Shown: one piece after another, positions 28,931 to 36,679 of the stretch
How the letters are laid out: the number at the start of each line of letters is the position of its first letter
Numbering within the stretch: the stretch's first letter is position 1
Source of the DNA: Candidatus Izemoplasmatales bacterium
GTDB lineage: Bacteria > Bacillota_I > Bacilli_A > Izemoplasmatales > Hujiaoplasmataceae
NCBI GenBank assembly: GCA_034007385.1
Contig: JAVEQW010000001.1
Location: forward strand, 38,504 to 102,503
DNA length: 64,000 bases
Reading direction: 5' to 3'
Position numbers and translations under genes: made by a program
Notes under the pieces: model-generated
Databases searched by the model: none
Told to the model about the DNA's origin: nothing
Seen by the model: only the letters and a program-made list of their open reading frames with translations

Positions 28931-29650
28931 ATGGAAAGATTACAAAAGATAATCGCTAAATCTGGTGTTGCTTCACGAAGAAAAGCTGAAGAGATGATTA
29001 AAGCCGGAAGAGTGAAAGTAAATGGTGAAGTTATAACTGAACTTGGGGTAAAAGCAAGTTTTAGTGATATAGTTGAAGTTGATGGCAAAAAAATAACCTT
29101 GGAAGAAAAGGTTTATTTTGTGCTTTATAAACCGAGTGGAGTTGTTTCAACAGTTGACGATCAGTTCAACCGTCAAGCTGTTGTGGATTTGATTGGGGAG
29201 AAAGAAAGAGTATTTCCGGTGGGTAGACTTGATTATGATACGAGTGGAGTTTTGATTTTAACTAATGATGGTGATTTTGCGAATATGTTAACTCATCCTA
29301 GGTTTAAGATTGAAAAAGAATACTATGTAAAAATTAGCGGTCTTCTAAGAAAAGAATCTTCAAAGATTTTAGCTAAAGGCATTGAATTAGACGGTGAAAA
29401 GATGCAACCGGCAAAGGTAAGAGACGTTAAGTATGATGATAAGAAAGAGAATACTTTCTTGCATATAATCATCACCGAAGGTAAGTATCATCAAGTTAAA
29501 AATATGTTTAAAGCTTTGGGTCATGAAGTGTTGAAACTGAAACGAGTTAGATTTGGCTCTGTGACCCTTGATGGGATGTTTGAAGGGCAATATCGAACAT
29601 TAAAACCTCATGAAATCAAAACGCTTTATCATTTAGCTAATAATGAGTAA
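28931..29650 (+). CDS. rluB: Pseudouridine synthase, RsuA/RluB family
   Basis: S4 domain (RLQKIIAKSGVASRRKAEEMI), catalytic motif GRLDYDTSGVLILTNDG, then KEYYVKI. Confidence 0.88.
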   Translation: MERLQKIIAKSGVASRRKAEEMIKAGRVKVNGEVITELGVKASFSDIVEVDGKKITLEEKVYFVLYKPSGVVSTVDDQFNRQAVVDLIGEKERVFPVGRLDYDTSGVLILTNDGDFANMLTHPRFKIEKEYYVKISGLLRKESSKILAKGIELDGEKMQPAKVRDVKYDDKKENTFLHIIITEGKYHQVKNMFKALGHEVLKLKRVRFGSVTLDGMFEGQYRTLKPHEIKTLYHLANNE

Positions 29651-29709
29651 TAATTAACAGAAATTTTAATCTTTTTAAGTAATAAATTTGTGGTTAAATA
29701 AGAAAAATA

Positions 29710-29718
29710 TGGTATAAT
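29710..29718 (+). promoter_or_regulatory. Extended -10 element (TGgTATAAT) upstream of cmk
   Basis: TGGTATAAT lies about 25 nt upstream of the cmk ATG. I see no clear -35. Confidence 0.4.
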
Positions 29719-29743
29719 GTTTAAAGGTTATAGGAGGTAAGTT

Positions 29744-30412
29744 ATGGTTTATCACGCTTTGGCTATTGACGGACCAGCTGGTGCTGGAAAATCGACAGTA
29801 GCGAAAACATTGGCAAAAAGACTTGGATATGTTTATATTGATACTGGCGCTATGTACCGGGCAACCACATACAAAGCCTTAAGCTTAGAAATAAATCTTA
29901 ATGATCCTGACGCATTTGACTTTTTGGACAGTACAGATTTCGAGTTCAGAAATGGTGAACTTTACATGGATAGCGTCAATATGACTTCTCTAAACCGACT
30001 TAAAGAGGTTAGCGATAATGTAAGTTTGGTATCTTCACATATACCGGTGAGGAACAAATTGGTGATGTTGCAAAAAGAAATAGCAGCAACTAATAATGTG
30101 GTTATGGATGGTAGAGATATTGGAACAGTAGTATTAACAAATGCAGAACTTAAAGTTTTTTTAACTGCTTCAGTTGAAGTTAGAGCAAAAAGAAGATATT
30201 ATGAACTTTTAAGTCTGGGAAGTAAAGTAAATCTGAAAGATTTGGAAAATGACATTAAAAGACGTGATGCTTTCGATTCATCTAGAGAGTATAATCCGTT
30301 AAAACAAGCTGAAGATGCAATCTATATCGATACTTCTGATAAAAACATTGATGAAGTAAGCGATCTATTATATAAAAAATTTATTGACATAGTGAATGAA
30401 GGAGAGTTTTAA
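29744..30412 (+). CDS. cmk: Cytidylate kinase
   Basis: P-loop IDGPAGAGKST, then YIDTGAMYRA and MDGRDIGTVV. Confidence 0.93.
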   Translation: MVYHALAIDGPAGAGKSTVAKTLAKRLGYVYIDTGAMYRATTYKALSLEINLNDPDAFDFLDSTDFEFRNGELYMDSVNMTSLNRLKEVSDNVSLVSSHIPVRNKLVMLQKEIAATNNVVMDGRDIGTVVLTNAELKVFLTASVEVRAKRRYYELLSLGSKVNLKDLENDIKRRDAFDSSREYNPLKQAEDAIYIDTSDKNIDEVSDLLYKKFIDIVNEGEF

Positions 30413-30413
30413 A

Positions 30414-31808
30414 ATGGACATGTATAGCGAAAACAAAATGTATACCCCTAAGGTAGGAGATATCGTTACCGGAACAGTTGTTAAGGTTGGAAAAGAAGAG
30501 GTTTTAGTCGATATCAATTATTCTTGTGAAGGAGTCATCTATAAGGATTATTTGTCTTTAGATAAATTACAAAGCGCAAATGATATCTTAAAAGAAGGCG
30601 ACCAAATCAAGGTAAAAGTTACGCAATTCAAAAAAGGGGATGAATCAGATTCGCTATTGTTATCTCGTATCGACATCCTAAGAGATGAGTTGCAAGAGGA
30701 AGTAAAGAATAGTTTAGAAGTAGATAAGGATTTTGATTTTAAGGTTAAAAAGAGTGTTAAAGGTGGTCTTATCCTTGATCATAAAGGAATTGAAGCCTTT
30801 TTACCTGAAAGTTTAATCTTTGGACCAAATGAAGAAAATAATAAAGATGCTTTAGTCAACAAGACTGTAAAAGCTAGAATAATTGAAATCAAGAAAGAAA
30901 GAAATAGAGATAAAATCGTTGTTAATCGTAAACAACTTATTTATGATGCTTTGAAAAAAGCGGAAAAGGAAGAAATAGAAAGTATAAAAGTTGACGATGT
31001 AATCAAGGTAAGAATCGAAAGGTTGACTGGTTTCGGTGCTTTTGCAAAGATTAGCGATCATGTGGATGGATTAATTCATATTTCTGAAGTATCGCATTAC
31101 CATGTTAAAAATGTTGAAGAGTATCTAACAATAGGTGAAGAATTAGAAGCTAAAGTTATTAAAGTTAAAGGCAAAAAGATTAGTCTTTCTTTAAAAGCAT
31201 TACAACCAACTCCTTGGGACAACTTCTTGAACAATCATAAAGTTGGCGATAGAGTAGTGGCTAAAGTTGTTAGAAAAATGCAATTCGGTATGTTAATGGA
31301 AGTAGAAAAAGAAGTCGTTGGCTTGTTAAGCAGATATGATTATTCATGGAATCCTAATGAAAACCTAGCTGGTAGTGTTGAAGTAGGCGATGAGTTTGAA
31401 GTTGAAATCACTTCAATTGACAAGAAGAAAAAACAATTTTCTTTATCTAAAAAACACTTAGAATATAATCCATGGGCTGATTTGAAATTAAAGTCAGGTG
31501 AACATGTAAGTGCTACAGTCTTAAGAACAGAAGAAAAAGGCGCAGTTGTTCAAGTTGAAGAAGTTGAAGGTTTCTTGCCAATCAGTGAAATCTCTACTGA
31601 AAGAGTTAATCGCGTAGAAGACGTTGTTAAAGTAGACGATATCATTACAGTTGAAGTTGTTGAGTTTTATCCAAAAGAATGGAAACTAATCGTTTCAATC
31701 AAAAAAATAGCTGAAAAGAAAAACAGAGCTGAATATGAAAGTAATTTACAAGAAAATGTAAGTGGAAATCAAAGTTTAGCCGATTTGTTTGAACAATATA
31801 AAAAATAA
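30414..31808 (+). CDS. rpsA: 30S ribosomal protein S1 (multiple S1 domains)
   Basis: ATG 30414 follows AAGGAGAG; the track start at 30396 overlaps cmk. Repeated S1/OB units (GDIVTGTVVKV, FGAFAKISDHVDGLIHISEVS, GDRVVAKVVRKMQFGMLMEV). Conserved cmk-rpsA-der order. Confidence 0.88.
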   Translation: MDMYSENKMYTPKVGDIVTGTVVKVGKEEVLVDINYSCEGVIYKDYLSLDKLQSANDILKEGDQIKVKVTQFKKGDESDSLLLSRIDILRDELQEEVKNSLEVDKDFDFKVKKSVKGGLILDHKGIEAFLPESLIFGPNEENNKDALVNKTVKARIIEIKKERNRDKIVVNRKQLIYDALKKAEKEEIESIKVDDVIKVRIERLTGFGAFAKISDHVDGLIHISEVSHYHVKNVEEYLTIGEELEAKVIKVKGKKISLSLKALQPTPWDNFLNNHKVGDRVVAKVVRKMQFGMLMEVEKEVVGLLSRYDYSWNPNENLAGSVEVGDEFEVEITSIDKKKKQFSLSKKHLEYNPWADLKLKSGEHVSATVLRTEEKGAVVQVEEVEGFLPISEISTERVNRVEDVVKVDDIITVEVVEFYPKEWKLIVSIKKIAEKKNRAEYESNLQENVSGNQSLADLFEQYKK

Positions 31809-31828
31809 TTAGATAAGTTGGTGGTATT

Positions 31829-33136
31829 ATGTTGCCAGTAGTTGCAATTGTTGGCCGTCCTAATGTAGGTAAGTCAACCCTTTTCAACCGTATAGTCGGT
31901 GAAAGAAAGTCAATCACTGATGACGCCCCAGGGATCACTAGAGATAGAATTTACGCTCAAGGTTCTTGGTTAAATAAAAAATTTACAGTAATCGACACAG
32001 GGGGCATCGAGATTAACGATGCACCTTTTTTAACTGAAATCAAAGCTCAAGCAGAAATAGCGATTATGGAAGCTGATGTAATTATCTTCGCTGTTGATGG
32101 AAAAAGCGGTCTTTTACCGAGTGATAGAGACGTAATGAATATACTTTATCAATCGGATAAACCGGTGATTGTTGCGGTTAATAAAGTCGATACACAGAAA
32201 TATCAAGATTCGATTTATGAGTTTTATGAGCTAGGCGCTACAAAAGTCATGAATATTTCTTCAATCCATGGAATTGGTATTGGCGATTTATTGGATGAGG
32301 TAATAAGTCATTTTCCTGAAAAGGAAACGATTGATTATACTGACGATACCGTTAAACTATCAATCATCGGCAGACCGAATGTTGGCAAGTCTTCTTTAAC
32401 AAATACGCTTTTAGGTTATGAAAGAGTCATTGTATCTGATATTGAAGGAACAACTACAGATTCAATTGATACGCCGTTTACAATCGATGGTGAGAAGTAT
32501 GTAGTTATCGATACGGCTGGGATGAGAAAACGCGGTAAGATCTATGAAAATATCGATAAATATGCCAATCTAAGAGCTATGCAAGCAATTGACAGAAGTG
32601 ATATTTGTTTATTGGTCTTAGATGCATCAACAGGCATTGTCGCAACCGATAAGAATATTGCCGGATATGCAATCGAAAATAAAAAAGCTGTGATTATTGT
32701 CGTTAACAAGTGGGATGCAATTGAAAAGAATGATAAGACGATGCATGAATGGGAAGAGAAAATCAGAAATGAATTTAAGTTCTTGTCTTATATCCCAATT
32801 GTCTTTTTGTCAGCTAAAACCAAATCAAGAATCCATACTTTGTTTCCGATAATCAAAACCGTATTTGAAAATTACAGTAGAAGAGTATCAACTTCGATCT
32901 TGAATGAGGTAATCTCAGAAGCGATGATTGTTACTCCGCCTAAGGAACATAACCAAAAGATTATTAAGGTTTATTACGCTACTCAAGTTAAGGTGAAATG
33001 CCCGACATTTGTATTGTTTGTAAACGATACAAATGCGCTACATTTCTCATATTATCGGTTCTTGGAAAATCGAATTAGAGAGAATTTTGACTTTTTTGGT
33101 ACGCCAATTTCGATTATTTTACGTAATCGGGACTAA
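31829..33136 (+). CDS. der: Ribosome-biogenesis GTPase Der (EngA), double G-domain
   Basis: Two P-loops (GRPNVGKST and GRPNVGKSS), two DTGG/DTAG and NKVD/NKWD motifs, and a KH-like C-terminus. Confidence 0.95.
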   Translation: MLPVVAIVGRPNVGKSTLFNRIVGERKSITDDAPGITRDRIYAQGSWLNKKFTVIDTGGIEINDAPFLTEIKAQAEIAIMEADVIIFAVDGKSGLLPSDRDVMNILYQSDKPVIVAVNKVDTQKYQDSIYEFYELGATKVMNISSIHGIGIGDLLDEVISHFPEKETIDYTDDTVKLSIIGRPNVGKSSLTNTLLGYERVIVSDIEGTTTDSIDTPFTIDGEKYVVIDTAGMRKRGKIYENIDKYANLRAMQAIDRSDICLLVLDASTGIVATDKNIAGYAIENKKAVIIVVNKWDAIEKNDKTMHEWEEKIRNEFKFLSYIPIVFLSAKTKSRIHTLFPIIKTVFENYSRRVSTSILNEVISEAMIVTPPKEHNQKIIKVYYATQVKVKCPTFVLFVNDTNALHFSYYRFLENRIRENFDFFGTPISIILRNRD

Positions 33137-33183
33137 AAAGTGCAAAAAAAATTAGAAAAAAGTGATTTTTTTCGCTAAATGCC

Positions 33184-33212
33184 TTGTTTTTTTGGCAATT
33201 AGCGTTTATAAT
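33184..33212 (+). promoter_or_regulatory. Candidate promoter for hup (TTGTTT-17-TATAAT)
   Basis: -35-like TTGTTT at 33184-33189, 17-nt spacer, TATAAT at 33207-33212. Confidence 0.45.
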
Positions 33213-33246
33213 TGACCTATCTTTAAAAAGGAGGAAAAAAAAGAAT

Positions 33247-33519
33247 ATGAACAAATCTGAATTAGTTGCAAGAATAGCAGACTTAGCTGAATTATCAAAG
33301 AAAGATGCTGAAGCAGCATTAAACTCAACAGTATTAGCAATCCAAGAAGCTTTAGTAAAGGGTGAAAAAGTTGTATTAACAGGTTTCGGAACTTTCGAAG
33401 TTAAACAACGTAAAGCTAGATCAGGACATGATCCAAGAACTGGCGAAACTATCCACATTCCTTCATTAAATGCTCCAACATTTAAGGCTGGAAAAGTTTT
33501 AAAAGAAAAAGTTCGTTAA
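33247..33519 (+). CDS. hup: DNA-binding protein HU
   Basis: 90 aa starting at ATG 33247, which follows AGGAGG. MNKSELVARIADLAELSKKDAEAALNS...GFGTFEVKQRKARSGHDPRTGETIHIP is canonical HU. The track's 111-aa form adds an unsupported N-terminal extension. Confidence 0.95.
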   Translation: MNKSELVARIADLAELSKKDAEAALNSTVLAIQEALVKGEKVVLTGFGTFEVKQRKARSGHDPRTGETIHIPSLNAPTFKAGKVLKEKVR

Positions 33520-33535
33520 TTCTTTTTAACGATAT

Positions 33536-33570
33536 GGCTGGAAACTTAGTTTTCGGCCTTTTTTCATTTT
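33536..33570 (+). terminator. Rho-independent terminator after hup
   Basis: GGCTGGAAAC-TTA-GTTTTCGGCC stem (10 bp including two G-U pairs) followed by TTTTTTCATTTTT. Confidence 0.6.
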
Positions 33571-33581
33571 TAGAGCGAAAA

Positions 33582-33614
33582 AAAGACTGAATTTAATTTT
33601 TAAAATCAGTCTTT
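33582..33614 (-). terminator. Hairpin downstream of the minus-strand CPBP gene
   Basis: AAAGACTGA / TCAGTCTTT 9-bp stem with an A/T-rich loop. A/T runs flank it on both sides. Confidence 0.45.
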
Positions 33615-33620
33615 ATATTT

Positions 33621-34742
33621 TTATATAGATATGATTCCGTAAATCATTAAGACATACATAATCCAAGAGTAAAGGTTGTTTAGCATATGGACACCACTGG
33701 ATACCAAGACGTTACGGTCAGATTTATAATAAACGTAACCGAGAACGATTCCCATAGCTGTATAAGGTATCATTTGGATGTAATCGCCTTGAATATGCAT
33801 GAAGGCAAAAATAAGCGCTGAAACTAATATCGTGATTTTGAACTTCAAGTGTTTTTCAAGGAAGGTGAAAACAACTTTACGGTAAATTATTTCTTCAACG
33901 ATCGGAACCATAATCCCTATAGACATGAATAAGATTCCTAAGTTTAACGGATTTGCGTTAAACATCGATCTGATGGCAACTTCATTGTTTGAGGTTTCAG
34001 CAGTTCCTAGAAGCATTAAAATCATATTACCGATGAAGTTAGCAGCAAACATCATCAAGAATCCGTAAAACATCTGCGCTATATATTTTCTTGGTTCACG
34101 TTTGATAGCTTCCCAGTTTTTCTTTAAATCGATTTTATCGATGAAGAAGAAGATTACCAGTAAAATAAGTGAAAACACTAAAAAGTCGATTGCGTTAAAG
34201 ATTGATGGCCTTGATGCCTGGATTTCAACTTCCAAATCAACAGGAGAGTTCTCGAAGGTCCCGCTTATGTCGATAGTGTAGGTTTCATTAGTTAAAAAAT
34301 CATCGATTATCAGAGTTTTAGATCCTACTCGTTTTTGATTAGCGTCTAATAAATAGATATTAACAGTTAATCGGGGTATTTTTTTATCGTAGTTGTTGGT
34401 TAGGGATCCGTCAAACTCAATTAGATAAGGGTATAATTCATTAATCTCTGTTGAATCAGGTAAATAGTTATCAGAAACTACAAAGGTTATTTCGGCGCTT
34501 TGATCGACTTCTTGAACTGCATCTTTTAAATAGGCATAAACATTATTGGTAATAGCAAAACTTAACATAACAACTGCATATTGTACAACTAAATATAGAA
34601 CTAACATGAATAAGGATTTCCTTACTTTTTGTTGTCTATCATAAAAATCGTCAAAAGAATTGGATGAAACAGTAGCTTTTTCATAGATTACTTCTTGTTT
34701 TACTTTGTTTTGTTTATCAAACAAATCATCATAATCATTCAT
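33621..34742 (-). CDS. CPBP-family (CAAX/Abi-type) intramembrane glutamic protease with a large N-terminal extension
   Basis: CPBP motifs EEIIYRKVVF (EExxxR), FAFMH and HMLNN in the C-terminal multi-TM half. The N-terminal ~45-aa cytoplasmic segment, one TM helix and a ~125-aa extracytoplasmic domain are not typical of minimal CPBP proteins. Confidence 0.8.
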   Translation of the reverse strand: MNDYDDLFDKQNKVKQEVIYEKATVSSNSFDDFYDRQQKVRKSLFMLVLYLVVQYAVVMLSFAITNNVYAYLKDAVQEVDQSAEITFVVSDNYLPDSTEINELYPYLIEFDGSLTNNYDKKIPRLTVNIYLLDANQKRVGSKTLIIDDFLTNETYTIDISGTFENSPVDLEVEIQASRPSIFNAIDFLVFSLILLVIFFFIDKIDLKKNWEAIKREPRKYIAQMFYGFLMMFAANFIGNMILMLLGTAETSNNEVAIRSMFNANPLNLGILFMSIGIMVPIVEEIIYRKVVFTFLEKHLKFKITILVSALIFAFMHIQGDYIQMIPYTAMGIVLGYVYYKSDRNVLVSSGVHMLNNLYSWIMYVLMIYGIISI

Positions 34743-34827
34743 GATATTTTCACCTCGCTATAAGTATTATAAACTAATTGAGTGCTTTTGTATAGTTTAA
34801 AAGGTTGAAATTTTAGTGATGGTTTCA

Positions 34828-34855
34828 TTGACAAAAATGGACTTTTTAGTATAAT
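34828..34855 (+). promoter_or_regulatory. Near-consensus sigma-A promoter for ktrA (TTGACA-16-TATAAT)
   Basis: TTGACA at 34828-34833, 16-nt spacer, TATAAT at 34850-34855. Lies about 30 nt upstream of the ATG. Confidence 0.6.
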
Positions 34856-34886
34856 AAGATATGTATAAGAAAGAGAGGAACAACAG

Positions 34887-35567
34887 ATGTCAAAAAAATC
34901 ATTTGCAGTTATTGGAGTCGGACGTTTCGGATTGGCCCTAATTGAAGAATTGGTAAAATTAGAAGCGGACGTCTTAGTTATCGATAAAAACTTCGATAAA
35001 ATAGAGAAAATAGCTAAAATGGTTAATAATGCTGTATGCCTCGATTCGACTGATATCGAAGCGCTTAAGGAAATCGGCATCAATAACTATGATACAGTAA
35101 TTGTCGCAACTGGGATGAATGTTGATAACTCAATTTTGACTACCTTAATACTAAAAGATTTAGGTGTTAAAGAGGTTTTTGTTAAAGTTCAAAGTGAATA
35201 TCATGCGAGAGTTGTGGAGAAACTTGGAGTAAATCCAGAACATTTAGTTTGGCCGGAACAAGAAACCGGAAAGAGATTGGCTACGATTTTAATCAGCGGC
35301 AATTTTTTAGAGTATTTGCAATTAGATCAAGATTATTCGTTTATATCTACTAACGTAACCAAAAAAATGATTGGTAAGAATCTTTTGGAATTGGACATCA
35401 GAAAGAATTTTGGCGTTAATATCGTCGCTGTTAGAAGAAATGAACAAATCATGATTCCAAGTTCACAAACTCCTTTTGAAGAAGGAGATGAAATTCTTTT
35501 GGTTGGCCGTAATGATTTAATTGAAAAGTTTACACAATGGTTAAAACAAAAGAAGTTTTTAAGTTAA
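34887..35567 (+). CDS. ktrA: K+ uptake system peripheral subunit, KtrA/TrkA (RCK domain)
   Basis: Rossmann motif FAVIGVGRFGLAL. RCK_N plus RCK_C (NIVAVRRNEQIMIPSSQTPFEEGDEILLVG). 226 aa. No ktrB-like membrane gene is adjacent. Confidence 0.85.
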   Translation: MSKKSFAVIGVGRFGLALIEELVKLEADVLVIDKNFDKIEKIAKMVNNAVCLDSTDIEALKEIGINNYDTVIVATGMNVDNSILTTLILKDLGVKEVFVKVQSEYHARVVEKLGVNPEHLVWPEQETGKRLATILISGNFLEYLQLDQDYSFISTNVTKKMIGKNLLELDIRKNFGVNIVAVRRNEQIMIPSSQTPFEEGDEILLVGRNDLIEKFTQWLKQKKFLS

Positions 35568-35588
35568 GAAATTTTTCTTAACTTTTTT
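35563..35588 (+). terminator. Hairpin plus T-run overlapping the ktrA stop codon
   Basis: GTTAAGA-AATTTT-TCTTAAC followed by TTTTTT. It ends 7 nt before the rdgB ATG. Confidence 0.5.
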
Positions 35589-35595
35589 AATACTT

Positions 35596-36180
35596 ATGAA
35601 AACTAAAATAGTCCTTGCGACCAATAACTTTGGTAAAATTAAAGAATATCAAAATGCTTTTAAAGATTTAAATGTTGAACTTTTGAGTTTGGATGATGTT
35701 GATTTAAAGATTGAAGTTGAAGAAACAGAAGATAACTTTAAAGATAATGCCTTTTTAAAAGCTAAAACAATCTTTGAGATAGTAAAGATGCCAGTTTTGG
35801 CTGATGACTCTGGTTTGACTGTGAAGGCTTTAAAGAACTTGTTAGGAGTCAAGTCGAAACGGTTTTCTAAAACCGGAAGAGATATTGATAATAACAAGCT
35901 TTTGTTAGAAAAGTTAAAAGGTATTTCCGATAGAAGTGCAGAGTTCGTTACTGTCATCTGTTTATATATGAGTAATGAAGACATCAGATTTTTTGAAGGT
36001 AGGACAAAGGGAGAGATTCTTAAAGAGTTTCATGGTGATTTTGGATTTGGCTATGATCCTTTGTTTAAGGTTGAAGGAACCGATAAAACCTACGGTGAGA
36101 TGACATTAGATGAGAAACAAATATTTTCCCATCGCGGAAAAGCGATTCGAAAGATGATTGAATATGGAAGATTTAATTAG
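35596..36180 (+). CDS. rdgB: Non-canonical purine NTP pyrophosphatase (XTP/dITP diphosphatase)
   Basis: Ham1 family motifs: LATNNFGKIKEY, ETEDNFKDNAFLKA, ADDSGL, GFGYDPLF, SHRGKA. Confidence 0.9.
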   Translation: MKTKIVLATNNFGKIKEYQNAFKDLNVELLSLDDVDLKIEVEETEDNFKDNAFLKAKTIFEIVKMPVLADDSGLTVKALKNLLGVKSKRFSKTGRDIDNNKLLLEKLKGISDRSAEFVTVICLYMSNEDIRFFEGRTKGEILKEFHGDFGFGYDPLFKVEGTDKTYGEMTLDEKQIFSHRGKAIRKMIEYGRFN

Positions 36181-36679
36181 AATTTTGATTTTTAGCGATA
36201 ATCATGGCGATAGAGATAATATTCCTAGGATTATCGATAAAAATCAACCATTAGACCGAATAATATCTTTAGGAGATTCCGAGATGAGAGAACAAGAGTT
36301 AACCAATCTCGGCATTTTTGGCGTTAAGGGGAATTATCCTTTTGAACCTAAATTCCCTTATGAATTGGATTTTACTTTCTTTGACTTTAGAATATTGTTT
36401 GTGCATGGACATCTTTATCGAGTTAAAAGTGGTTTGACTAAATTATTGCAAAAAGCTTATTATGAAAAGTATGATTTAGTTTGTTTCGGGCATACTCATA
36501 GAACTTATTTAGAAGATATTGAAGATATTTTGCTTGTAAATCCTGGTTCTTTGTCAACCTGGCGTTCTAATGAAAATCCGACCTACGCTTTGATTGAGAT
36601 TACTTGTGATAAACTAACAGTTACTATCAAGAACATATATGACAATGTGATTAAACGAATTGAAAAGGCAAAGAAATAA
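36158..36679 (+). CDS. YfcE/MJ0936-family metallophosphoesterase (YsnB-like)
   Basis: Calcineurin-like motifs SDNHGD, LGDSE, VHGH and GHTH. Follows rdgB as in B. subtilis ysnA-ysnB. The start (ATG 36158 or 36164) overlaps the rdgB 3' end. Confidence 0.85.
   Translation: MNMEDLIRILIFSDNHGDRDNIPRIIDKNQPLDRIISLGDSEMREQELTNLGIFGVKGNYPFEPKFPYELDFTFFDFRILFVHGHLYRVKSGLTKLLQKAYYEKYDLVCFGHTHRTYLEDIEDILLVNPGSLSTWRSNENPTYALIEITCDKLTVTIKNIYDNVIKRIEKAKK

Noticed and set aside
33114-33458. 114-aa minus-strand ORF, and the 111-aa extended form of hup (33184 start)
   Set aside because: The minus-strand ORF is antisense to canonical HU. The true hup start is ATG 33247 behind AGGAGG. The upstream extension (MFFWQLAFIIDLSLKRRKKKN) covers the promoter and SD region.
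34856-34886. c-di-AMP (ydaO/kimA-type) riboswitch upstream of ktrA
   Set aside because: The predicted leader is only about 30 nt, so there is no room for a riboswitch aptamer.
34739-35083. 114-aa minus-strand ORF overlapping the ktrA 5' end and promoter
   Set aside because: It overlaps a strongly supported RCK-domain gene and a consensus promoter. It has no RBS and no motifs.
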